From NCBI RefSeq assembly GCF_000150275.1, contig NW_002060948.1, positions 3,918,759-3,982,758 on the forward strand: DNA of 64,000 nt, in the 5' to 3' direction. Source of the stretch: Trichoplax adhaerens (Eukaryota > Animalia > Placozoa). Both the position numbers and the translations under genes were made by a program. The notes beneath the pieces are model-generated. The model was not told where the DNA came from. It ran no database searches and saw only the letters and a program-made list of their open reading frames with translations. Numbering within the stretch: the first letter of the stretch is position 1; each line of letters begins with the position of its first letter. Below are positions 42,220 to 54,667 of the stretch, in pieces.

Positions 42220-45200
42220 TCATAAATCTTCGTGTTCAATCATTATTAGCATAACTGTTACGTTATCGCCACTTTGTTTACGAACAGCTTCCTTTGCAAG
42301 TTGGCGGCAAACAGCCGCATGACGCCGAACGACTATTGACTTCTGGCTCATTTGTTTCGTTTGTTCATCATCTAATATACAAAAATGTAGTATAATTACG
42401 TTTATGTGAGAATTTCGCCTTCAGAATACTTAATTCTCTACCATTGTTTGGAATTCCAAAATGTTCATCCTGAAAGAATATAATAGCAAACCATGCAATG
42501 AAATATTACCGGAAGCCATAAAGGAAGAGAAATAAAAAACTTATAATAATTATAAAAGGGAAAATATATTAAGAGATTAAGTTTAAATCGGACAGTAGTA
42601 TCAGAGTATGTGTCTAAAAGGCGAATAAATTTACCTGCAATAACGAATCAACGTAGGATATCGCTTCATCAACACCAAATGACTTCCACAGTCCATCGCA
42701 AGCAATAACAACGAATCTAGTGTTAAATTATGGTCATAAAAAGTGGTGGTGTTATGGATTACCAAAAAAGCTATATTTAACATCACAATGAAAGCATAAG
42801 ACAACGAATTAGTCAATACTTGTCATTCTTTGTTAGCGTGCAGCGTTTAACGTCGGGGATGCATGAAACTCCGCAATGTTTGAAGCGGCCATCGCCAATT
42901 GATCGAGCTACTTCTAAGATACCCATTACTCTGCCATCTCTAGAGTACATATCAGAACAAACCAATTCGTTGAAGCATAATGTAAAGTTGATTCCTGTAA
43001 ATTATATTATATCAAACTGAACGTAAATAATATTATATACTTTACAAAACCACCACATTTTTGTATTCTCATCCGTTCCTCGTACTAATTATGATAAATA
43101 AGATTACATGCAGCTTATTAGTATTTATATTCCTCTTCTATAGTAAATTAAAATAAAAAAAAATTCAATCGAAATAACAAATATTATCTAAAGCGTTTCT
43201 GTAAAAGAATTGCAATGACATTCCTATTTACGTACATCTGTTGGCGTTTGATCTTTAGTTAATCTTAACGCTGTTACTTTTCCATCGTCTGTATATCTAC
43301 ACAATACGGCCTATGAAAAAAATATACGTTCATGAACAAGAATCATTGCTGATTGAGTATGACCCATCTCTTTTGATCTCAAATTGAATGATTTTCGTAG
43401 GAAAAGGTGTTTACAATACTTACTTTACTATCACCAAGATTTGCAATATATAGCACATTATCGACCACTAATACAGTGCTAGCTGTAGATCCATCTTTCC
43501 ATGTTGGTGTACTAAAGTAAATGTTAAAAGCGAAGCTCGCTTAAGTATATTGAAAGAACATTATGCAATCGCAATTCTTGACTAAATGGCTATTTCGATC
43601 GTAGCAATGTTTGTGTGCGTATTTGAAAGAAAACCATTCACTTTACAAGTAGCAATCGTTACTTAGTTTTAACGTTATCTTAAGCGTTTATTCATGGTCA
43701 TTTAATACATCTAAGCAAATTATGTATAGTATTGTGTTAATATACTGTAAGATTCATTTAGCTATAGTATCATTCTATCCTTAACTATTCATAGTAGTGT
43801 ATACCACATTAGAACTAATACTATCAGTTGCTTACGCAGCTGAGGCCAGTTGTAAGAATGCATCATCAGTTTTTTTAAATGCATCAGTCAGGCACATTTT
43901 AATCTCTCTATCCTTGTTTGCCACTTTTCCTGCAAGCAGGGTATAAAAATACTTAGCTAGGTAGTTCATGTTTAGGTATTATCTTTTTGCGTGATTATTA
44001 AAACATCACCCACACAATGCGTAATGCGATTAGTGTGCAACAGTGATGGTATTTTGTGTAGTCAAGATATGAAATCGAATTACCTTTTGGATACATTTGT
44101 ACGATCAATTTATGTAAATTTTCCGCAGCATATTGTGATGCTCTTTTTCCTGCATGACCATCGAATATTCCATAGAATCCTAATTTATCTCTGGATGAAA
44201 GGACAGGTTGAGTTAACTTTAACCTCCTTAAAGTCGGTCTACGAGAGATTTTATTAAATACTGTATAAAGTTAAATCAACGAAGTAATTGTATTACGCAT
44301 TTTTAGGCTTTTCATCGAAGCAACCGGTGAGATCATCTTGGATGTAATATGCATCCTGCATTTCATCCCTTTCTCCTTGCATTTCACCGATATAGCCAGT
44401 TAATGAATAAGTAGTTGTACCGACTGTATTTATCGAAAATAGAACCGTTACGTATTTAATATAAGGGGTTTCTTTTCAATTATTGATAATAAATCAGTAA
44501 AGTGCAAAAAATGTGTAGGAGAGAAGTGCTGAATAGTAATTTAATTCCTTCGTTATTAAAACAGATCTTACCACTGGCTTGACGTTTGCAATTTACAACA
44601 TCATTGTCATTTTCTAACTTTCTCTTTGCGGTGTTACTATTCGTATCGCTTTGATCGGTTGTCGTTTGATTGTTGGATGATTTAGTAGAATGAGTTTCCT
44701 GCTGCTGATCACTAGTAGTACCTAGGCATGAAAATTTGATATTGCAGTCAAACAGAATGACAATAATTGTCATGATAGTTTATTCAGTTATCGCAAGTCA
44801 ACCATGAAGGATAGAAATAGAGCGTACCTTAATTTTAGAAGTACAGTAAACTTAACTTTGAACTAAACTAGCAATACATTCATTGAGCATTTGGTCCATT
44901 TTGCTGTTTTACTTGACAAGAAGTTTTTCTAACACCGTACAGTATCTGAGAATTTCTTTATCATCTACTAGTATATTATAAAGGATAACAGGCTAGAGTA
45001 TCCATTTTAGTCTAGTATGAATGAGTGTTGTGCGTAGCAGTTAGGTTTAACTACAAAGTCTGACTTAATTACTGTATCAATTAAGCAAAGAGTAAATGTA
45101 CATCAATCTACAGTATTCGAAGTGGTAGAGTAGTATTGAATCCATGGCAGGCATTTTCTGTATAGCTGTTGTGTATGCAGTGTCCGCGTGAATGATAACT

Positions 45201-45564
45201 ACTCATTGATGGTGTGACTTTAATTTGTCTACCATACAAGAGGACTATGCATGTAGACTAGCATGTACAACTGTCCACAATACTGTACTCGCATATATAT
45301 AACTATGTTGTGAAGACAGTAACAAACTTTGTAGAAATGTGCATCTTAGTTAGTGCAGTGTTGGATTATAATTCATGACAATGGATTATCATTCTATCAC
45401 ATCTATATTATAGATAGTAATAGCCTCTTACTCTAGACTCAATAGACTACATATTGATTACTGTGACATGCATTATGTCTAGTAAGGAAATAAGAAAAGA
45501 CTCTCCACTATTGAGTCCGATTCTTACATGATTTCGGTGCAGGCAGATCACCAAAGAGATCCAT
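42220..45564 (-). CDS. ILKAP: Integrin-linked kinase-associated PP2C-family Ser/Thr phosphatase
   Basis: First exon MDLFGDLPAPKS (ATG at 45564) resembles the ILKAP start MDLFGDLPEP. PP2C motifs: GERDEMQDA, IFDGHAG, WKDGSTA, LYIANLGDSKAVLCRY, YEERMRIQK, DGRVMGILEVARSIGDG, IACDGLW, GDNVTVM. TGA at 42222-42220. Confidence 0.95.
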
Positions 45565-45939
45565 GGTTGATGAGAGCTTCTGCAATCGCTTTTCTCTTGC
45601 TGCACTTTTCTACACTCTAATGGCAAAGGAAGCAAAGCGTTTCCAATGACTCTGCTATCTAGCCGCAGGCCTACAGTGCACTGAGTGTCTCTTACAATAC
45701 ATTGTAGTGTACTATACAGTACAGTACTGTAAAAAGTCTTTTTTTTACATTTTATTATACTGTAACTGTACAGTATCTCTACTGTATAGTATGATATACA
45801 GTACAATCAAATCAAATCAAATGATACCAAATTTGTCTAATAAGGACTTGAAATTCTAATTTTAAGTCATTTCAAACAGTGGGAAAGACTTATGAGACAC
45901 CTGTGTACGTCCAGTCCAGTCCAGTAGGGTCAGTTCTAT

Positions 45940-46790
45940 TCACTGTACTGGATACTGTATTGTTCAACTAGCTTTTGGCCATGACAGTATAGAGAAAGTC
46001 AGACTGACAGACGCGCTGGCGACTTATCTCTACAGTATGATAGACGCTACCGGTTATAAGTTTGGAAATTTGTACACGATCATCGAATGCGAACTACGAC
46101 ATAACGTCTTCTCATTTTATGCCAGTTCATACCTGTAGTGATGTGCCCATATTTGATGATACAGATAGCTATATTTGATCGAATGAAACTGAATGGAGCT
46201 TGTGAGATGATCAGATTTCTAGAGTGCGATTTCCTACTGCACTGTACTGTACTGTACCGTACGTCTAGTCCAGTCCGGTACAGTATGTTCTATGGTACTC
46301 TATAGTACAGTACTGTACAGTACTGTACTGTAATGTTCAACTAGCTTTTGGCCATGACCGTATCGAGAAAGCCAGACTGACAGACGCTACGAGTAGGACA
46401 GTAAGCTGTATGCGACTTATCTCTACAGTATGATAGACGCTACCGGTTATAAGTTTGGAAGTTTGTACACAATCATCGAATGCGAACTACGACATAACGT
46501 CTTCTCATTTTATGCCAGTTCATACCTGTAGTGATGTGCCCATATTTGATGATACAGATAGCTATATTTGATCGAATGAAACTGAATGGAGCTTGAGAGA
46601 TGATCAGATTTCTAGAGTGCGATTTCCTACTGCACTGTACTGTACTCAAGTCCGGTACAGTATGTTCTACGGTACTCTACAGTACTGTACTGTACTGTAC
46701 TGTTCAACTAGCTTTTGGCCATGACCGTATCGAGAAAGCCAGACTGACAGACGCGACCAGTAAACAGTAAGTTGTATGCCGACTTGTCTA
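45940..46790. repeat. Near-identical ~370-bp tandem duplication (~2.3 copies) with (TACTG)n junctions, between the divergent ILKAP and DNAJC16 starts
   Basis: TGTTCAACTAGCTTTTGGCCATGAC at ~45962, ~46334 and ~46701. The intervening ~230-bp blocks are almost identical. Confidence 0.92.
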
Positions 46791-46990
46791 GTCTCAGTCA
46801 TTATTGGAAATATGACCGTGGTACTGTGCTGGATACTGTACACTATTCCACACTTAATACACATGATTCTATCGGCAGTCCCCTGCTGAACAAACACTCT
46901 TGACTGACTGCAATCATGTCGTATTGACGATTCTTCCTTTCCCAAAGCATTTATTGAATCCAAAGATCGACTAAGCAGAAATAGTTGGAT

Positions 46991-49900
46991 ATGAATCATT
47001 GCCGGTTATTGGCAATCTTTGTATCGTTTTTTTTTCTCTTTTTAATTCAATGTTTCATTGTGATAGCATCGCCCAATCCTTACCAAGTCTTACAGGTCCA
47101 TCGAGATGCCAGTCAATCGGAAATTCGTCGTGCCTTTAAAAAATTAGCACTGCAATGGTAAGTTTTCCTTTTGTACTGTATATTGCGTTGGATGGATCCT
47201 TTTGACTTGATATGATTCATTCTATCTTTATACTTGATAACGATCCAATCTGTTACTTAGACTAGCTATCATCCATTAGCTTTACCATCATTCTACTGTA
47301 TATCCTATTTGAAATAGCATTTTGAATGCAGCTTGTCTCATGTGGATGCTACCTTGACTATCCTCCAATGCAATATGACATACACTATAGGACACTATAG
47401 TGCAGCATAGTATCATACAGTTGATTCTTATTGAAATCGAAAGGACTACATTGCAGCCTACTCTACGGGCTTAAACTAGCTTGCATCACTCTTGACAAGT
47501 TTTTCAATCCATTTATTACATCATCGATAACATAGGAAACAAAATGGAATCCAGTAGACTCTGCAGGGGAATATCAAAAGTTAGATGAACATCACCTTCC
47601 TTTTCACCGCGAAAATTGTTATAGAAAGTATATACAGTATAAAGTATGGAAACGATCCCACAATTTCCATCAATGCAAGTCATTGATAGACGAGTATAGT
47701 GCGATGGCAGGAATTGATTATAATTAATATCTGTCATTATTGTCTTTCAATATTTCTTTTGCAATCATCATCAGCGCTACTTCAGGTCCGAATAATTGTA
47801 GCATGGTAGACTAGTAAAACGTGGATTACAAACTTGACCGGTTTGAAAGAATCAAAGTATTCTACTTTATTTATCCATGATCATGCTGTCTATCATGAAT
47901 CTAATACATACCGCTCTATTCGTCCAATATTAGAAAAATTGGGATAGATGACGGTATACCTGTGCTGTATGCGTCGATTAAAATGAATTTATAAGTTGAA
48001 GGATAGATCGCACCAATGACTCACTGTTATCAACTAGTTTGCATGTTGTCCAATCCAGTCATGAATGCCATTCTACGCAGCATTGTATATTGAATCATCT
48101 AGCGAGTAAATCAAGATCGATAATATTTATAAATCACGATATCGATTTATCTTCATTGTTACATTAGCCATAAATCACTATTCAATAGGATTATACTTTA
48201 AATATAGTTTTACTAACTATGTTAAGTCAACTTTAATTCAAGATGAAAGTTGATCATCAATGTATAGAGACTAGTCACGTTGATTGTTTGCTGAAGCCTA
48301 ATATCTTAAACCATTTCAATCTTCCATTATGATTATTTTATATGAAAGGCATCCTGATAAAAATGAAGATCCTCATGCTCAAAATAAATTTATCGAAATC
48401 AAGAATGCCTATGAAGTAAGTTATCCCTTTGATGACTAATGTATAAAGTAATGTATTCCTTTCTATTAAATATGCTAATTATGCGACGAGATGCGTAACG
48501 TTTTACTGTGGAAACTTGCAACATTGACTTCGACAATACTTATTGTTATCTTAAACCAATTTTGTTGTACTGTATTTATAACTATCATGTGTTGAATCAA
48601 TAAACACCGGATGAAATAATTACTTGCCTTAACGACATGGACGTTGCATTTTGTTATTAACAACTAGTTCTAAAGTATTATTTCTACTATCAATGTCCTG
48701 TTTATCATTCAAGCAGTTCTTTTTAATTATTCAAAAAAATATAGAAATGCATCAGTTTACTTGTTTTCTGTCATTGGAGAAATGTAATATTCTTTTAAGA
48801 GGATGTTTTGATACTATCATAGAATCTATTATACGAGTATGCAAAACAAAAAAAGATATAATAAATACAACCCTTAAGCTAACGTAAATGTATCTATCTT
48901 ATTATTATTAGATTCTATCTGACAAAGAAAAACGCGCTGAATTCGATCGATTTGGTTATGTACGAGATGATGGGTCAGCCCGACATGAAAGAGGACAACG
49001 AAATCCATTTCATCAATTTGCGATGAATGATGACATCTTTTCATTTATGTTCCAAGATGGCTTTGATAACACTGAAGAAGATCATATCATTGATACAGTT
49101 AATATGTATCAATTTAAGACTGAAATATTACCCAACAGCAATTTCAAGCCTTACGTTTTAGAAATTTTCTCAAATTTTTGCCTCAAATGTTTAATGATAC
49201 AATCAACATGGGTTAATATAGCTAAAGAATTAGAATCTATCGGTTTGGGAACTGGACAAGTTAATTCCGATCGTGATTATGCTTTAATACAGTACTTGGG
49301 TAAGTCGGAGTATAACATTATGAATCATAACCAACACTAGTATCAGCCTTGATCAATAATAAAGGGAACCATAAACTTGATATAAAGAGTTGAATACTTT
49401 GTAACCACACAATGACTGTATGAAGTTATGGATTACTAGAATACTATAGTAGCAGTCTATAGTGAAGTACAGTATGCGAATAGAGATATGTTATGCAAAA
49501 TTATACTAGAATTGTTACCATACGGATCTATTTACGTACCTGGATTAGTTTTAGCCATACATTTTTAATACTCGAAATAAAATATAATATTAGGTGTTAC
49601 GGGACTACCCAGCGTTTATGTAGTTATGGAAGAAGAAATATTCAAATATACAGGTGAATTATCGAAAAAAATGTTGCGCAATTTTATCCACGATTTGTTG
49701 CCGACTCACTTAATTGAAAAGGTATGTATATGCTAAGCATACGTAAGTTTTATCGGCTGTAATATATACCGTTAGCCTACACTAAAACATTTTGGAATGA
49801 TAAATAATTAAATACTGAAATGAAGTAAAATTTGCAAGTTACAATTATGTAACTAAATGAATAAATCGGGAAGCTATTGTAGTTTTAGTACTGGGAATGT

Positions 49901-52766
49901 TCTACAGCTGTATCACGAATTAAACAGAACCTTACAAATTATAATTTTTTTTAACGTATTTTGCCTTATGATAGGTAGAAAATTTCAGTACGTTAACCTA
50001 ACACTTGCCTTTATGCATAATTTTCATTAGGTCACAGACGAGACAAATTCAACTTTTTTCGAACAAATTAATAGACCAAAATTACTTTTATTTTCATCAC
50101 GACCTAACCCCTCACTAAAACTTTCATTACTTGCGATGGAATTTCAAAATTACGTCAAATTTGGCATGGCATCCCTCGGTAGCGAGAATAATAAATTAAG
50201 AGAACAATTTAACGCCCATCCTTCAGATCCAACCGCATTTCTGTTTAAAAGAAAATCAACTTATACCATTCAAAATTTTACTGGTAACGATATTACTTTA
50301 TATGCAAAATATACTATTAGTATATCTATTAATGACTTTTTAAGTTAGATTACTTATGTTATTACGATATTGTGTTTTTCTTACTGATATTTCCTACGGA
50401 GGTTGTTAGCTCGATAAAATACAGGTATTTCTGTTGCTATCCTTATACCATCATACTATTTTTATAGGCGTCGGATATGAAGGCTGGAGCTTTACACAAA
50501 TTGGTAGAAGATAATAAATATCTAAATTTGCCTAGGCTAGAATCACACACCATGTTTTATGACTTATGCAAAGAGAAATCAATGTAAATTGAAATTTTGT
50601 AATACAATCACAACCTCCATATGTCTTAATCTTTAAATTACAATTCTTGTTTACGCAGTAATGAAGTAATATGTTATTGTTGGATAAAGACTAAGCACTA
50701 TTGTGGTTGGGTTTATTTGCTTTTTAGAATATGTATTATCCTATTTATTGCCGATTCAACAGTCGATAAAGAGACCATGAAGCGTGTTGAAGAAATTATG
50801 ACAGACGATAACGTTAATATTGATAATGTTCGTATGGCTTACGCTTCAGTAAAACTGCAAGGTGCCTTTTTTAATTCATTTGATATGAAAAAATTATCGA
50901 AATCAACGGATGAATGTACAAGTGTTTACCATGACAAGGTAACTACTTGTCTAACTGTAACTTGACTAAGCGTTTATATTGCTTTTTACTTGGCTTTCTT
51001 ATCACTTGTTTTGTACTCTTTCATTAGGTTTTATTTTTAAAGAGATTGGAAGACGATGAGGCAATATATGATTGGTACGAAGATGGCTGGTGTGTTAGCT
51101 CATCTAGCACCCGGGACTTGATTATGAAAGCCAGAGCATATGCAACTTCTAAAAATAAGATGACATCCAAGACTATACTCTCGAAATTAGTTGATGAAAA
51201 TGCTCCGGTAAATAAACACGCTGCTCTATAATTTAACAAGGTTTAAATTAGTAGTTATATCGCATGAATTGTTCTATGTAATAATTTTACTCCTCAAATT
51301 ATCTGTGCTGCTCGCATTTTAAGTTGTATACATTAACCTCTTTTATTTAGGGTATATTTGGTCGAATGCAGAATTCTATCAAGTTCGCAACAAAAACACT
51401 CAAGCGTCTTCCTAACTATATTTTCAGGTTTTCTATTCATTTCACATAGTACTTAATAATGATATTAATACGGATTATTATCTCTTGTTACGCAAAATTT
51501 TATTTACGTTCATAATCTTGTCATAGTATTGTGTACCTTCCTCATCACTTCATTCGTTACTACGCAAGTTATACTGTATTAAGGTGGTTAGGCAGAGACT
51601 GGTATAATGTTATCATTAACAAGTTAGGTATAATAATCAGTCTGGTGTACGTTATTTTTCGAGATACACGCCTCTAGTAGCGAGAGCTGTAATGTTTTCA
51701 ATTATTACTATTATTAATTGTAAGGTTCATAATCATTATTATTATTATTAATCATAAATAAAGAAATCATTTTAATTTCAGCGAAAGATTTGTACTTGTA
51801 AATCCGAATGTAAACATTTTGCCTTTTTTCGTTGGAATAATTTTTATACTTAGCAATTCCCTGACTGCACTTGTATTTTTCAGAATTGAAGCACTACCTT
51901 TTTTTATGATACCAATGCTTTGTATTTTCGTGGCAAGTTTGACCTCTTTAGTAGGACCAGATCTGCCGTAAGTAGTTTAATGCTTTCGTGCAATAAGCAA
52001 ATTCTGTAAATAATTAAATATTCTAATGTTTCTATATGGTAGCAATCATGACATAAAGCGAAAGAAAAAGAGAGAGAAAGCAAAGCTACATTCTGAAACT
52101 GCTTCATTTAGAATACCGCAGTTATCCTATAGAAACGAAGATGATTTAATCCATGACGCACGCCATGGCCATCTTACTATGTTAATTTTACTGCAAGAGA
52201 CTAACAATGAAGATGCTAGGAATTCTCCTTTATTTAAAACGTTTGCATCAGTTATGAATATTCACAGGTACAGTATGGGGCTTGCAGTCTTCATTTAAAC
52301 AAGTATTTAACGACTGTATGCTACCAAATTTTGTTGATCGATTACAATTGGGAATCTTTTTTTGAGATGTAATCTTTTTGTGGTAAATACTTTCTTTAGA
52401 CGAGAATTTTTATCCTTGGGATGCTGCTGGCTGTCGTTGACAGCGCATAAAAATTGGTGCTGGAAATTATTAGCAGAAATAACACCCATTGATGAATCAT
52501 TAACTGGCTGTGTTCTTGCTATTAATGGCTATCGACAATATTTTATGTTTTTAAAATTATCCGGGATTAACTCATTAAAACAAAATGATAATGATGCTAA
52601 TGATTGTGGTGAATTTCTTGGCCTGGAAGACGTAGATAATGTGAAAGTTAGGGCTAAACAACTTCGACATAAACTTCCTGATTGGATTGGAAGACTACGA
52701 GATGGTTCACTTACACGATATTCAGTAGAAATTTGGCCTAAAATATCGATTTTAGATGAGTTATGA
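46991..52766 (+). CDS. DNAJC16: DnaJ homolog subfamily C member 16 (signal peptide, J domain, thioredoxin-like domain, TM segment); apparent 1-bp insertion at ~50247-50250
   Basis: MNHCRLLAIFVSFFFLFLIQCFIVIA, then NPYQVL...LALQW|HPDKN and AYE|ILSDKEKRAEFDRFG. Thioredoxin-like FCLKC, DNKYLNLPRL, KLVDENAP, a hydrophobic exon at ~51883, and C-terminal GCVLAINGYRQYF...WIGRLRDGSL...WP. TGA ends at 52766. Confidence 0.92.
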
Positions 52767-54667
52767 GGCATGTTAATGGAAATAATTTTCAATGATATGT
52801 TCCTATGTTAATATGCAATTATTAAATTAGGGAAATAGATCGTTTCCCTTATCTTTATAGTAATTCTTAGGCATACGGCAAAAATGATATTGTATGCCTG
52901 GCTGTAGTATAACGTAAATGAATACTGGAGCCAGAATATTTAGGCAACTAATTTTTAATATTATTGTTGGTAGATTTTTGACATTATTGATCGAATATAG
53001 TAAACAGTGTATCATCTGCTAATAACAGCGATAGACTGATTTGCACCCTTTTTTAAAATATACACGTACAGTAAAGAAGTAAAATATTCGATGTTTACAC
53101 AGACTGTACCACAATATCGGTGTATTATTATTATTATAGCAGAAATTAATTAAATGATTTACATCGACGGCCTACTACTCCGGAACAATGACTTAACTTA
53201 TAATGCTTTCTATCATCAATATTATATTCAACACTAGCGTATACCGATACACGTCTAATTTAATGAATTACCTTACTAATGAAGAAGTAAATATGTTTAG
53301 ATTAAATTTATTAGGATTTATTGTCTTGTTATTATTGGGTATTCGTCTGTTATTTATAGTAATCCAATCTTTCAATCTAAATCTTTTTATAAGTATACTG
53401 TATTAGCTATCATGATTGATAATTATATATATATATATATGTATATATAATTAATTGTTATATATGCAAGGTTATGAACAAAAGCATATGTTATTATTGA
53501 ATTGACTTGGCGTCAGTTTAGCCGCGGTATTGTTAATGCTATTTCAGTTTGTATCATTTTATTATAATAACACGGTCACAAGCAAGAGATCGGTAACCCT
53601 TGTACTAGTTTTTGAGTCATAACTTTATCTGTTTACGACAGCAAGTTACTGCATTTTATACACATGTGCATAAGTATCAGAGAAATACCTGATCGGGATC
53701 TACAGTTCTTATATCATGCATTTACCTCTGTGTTTGAAATAGATATTCTGCAATGTATTAGTACTGTATCTGTTCAATTAATTAAAAACTTATCCGAAAT
53801 CGCGCAACTTTTGCTGTTATATTGTATTATGATTTATCAGTAGTTTTTAGATGTAAATAGTATTACTTAGGTAGGAAATAACGACGTAATTGGGCTGGTT
53901 TTAGCGTATTAAGGAATCTTTCAAGATGATTGGCTATCGACAGTTTTATGATATAAGCCGCATCAACCATAGTGGTACTTAACTGCTTCTTGCTACTGTA
54001 TAAACATATTTGTCACTTTAATTGGATGTCATCTTCCTAGCATATTCTATAATGATACCATTGCTTATAAGCTCAGTTTCATCTTTTTTTTATTTTCAAA
54101 GTTTGAAAAATACTAAACTCAAAATTGTATGGTTACTGAATATAGTACGTTCGGCACAGACTATGTGCAGGATTAAATCATCCATTCTTTTAGTTTACAT
54201 TGCATGACTATTTCAAATATAATTATAATGAATCGGTTTGGTTAGAAGGTAGCATAACTTTTAATTCCTTCGTTACTTATTTTAGCTAGCACTGTTAGCA
54301 TAACGAAGAATTTACTATATTACAAAGCTATAAAGCGTACAGAGTAGAGAAATTGAAGAATCAAAGAAATTGTACAATATTGGTATCTTGTGTTTCGAAA
54401 CAGCATCATAAAATCGATGTTATGCAAGTTTATCAACTATTATTGCTTATAGGACTATTGGCAGCTTTATCACTGCTTAGTGATTGATGGTAAATGACAT
54501 CATCGCTTTAAGCTATTAACTATCTTAAGAATAAAAGGCTACTGATATAGTCCAAAAGAAGATTTTTATTCTTTTAAATACAACTTTATATACAGTACTA
54601 ATAACCTGGTGTAATTGTTAATAGCTTCGGTACATTATCCGTTTTACAAATGTAAATTGTTTATGGT

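Noticed and set aside
46135-46200. C/D-box snoRNA or hammerhead in the 370-bp repeat (TGATGA...GAAA-CTGA)
   Set aside because: Boxes are only ~40 nt apart with no proper terminal stem, there is no stem II closing pair, and the location is intergenic.
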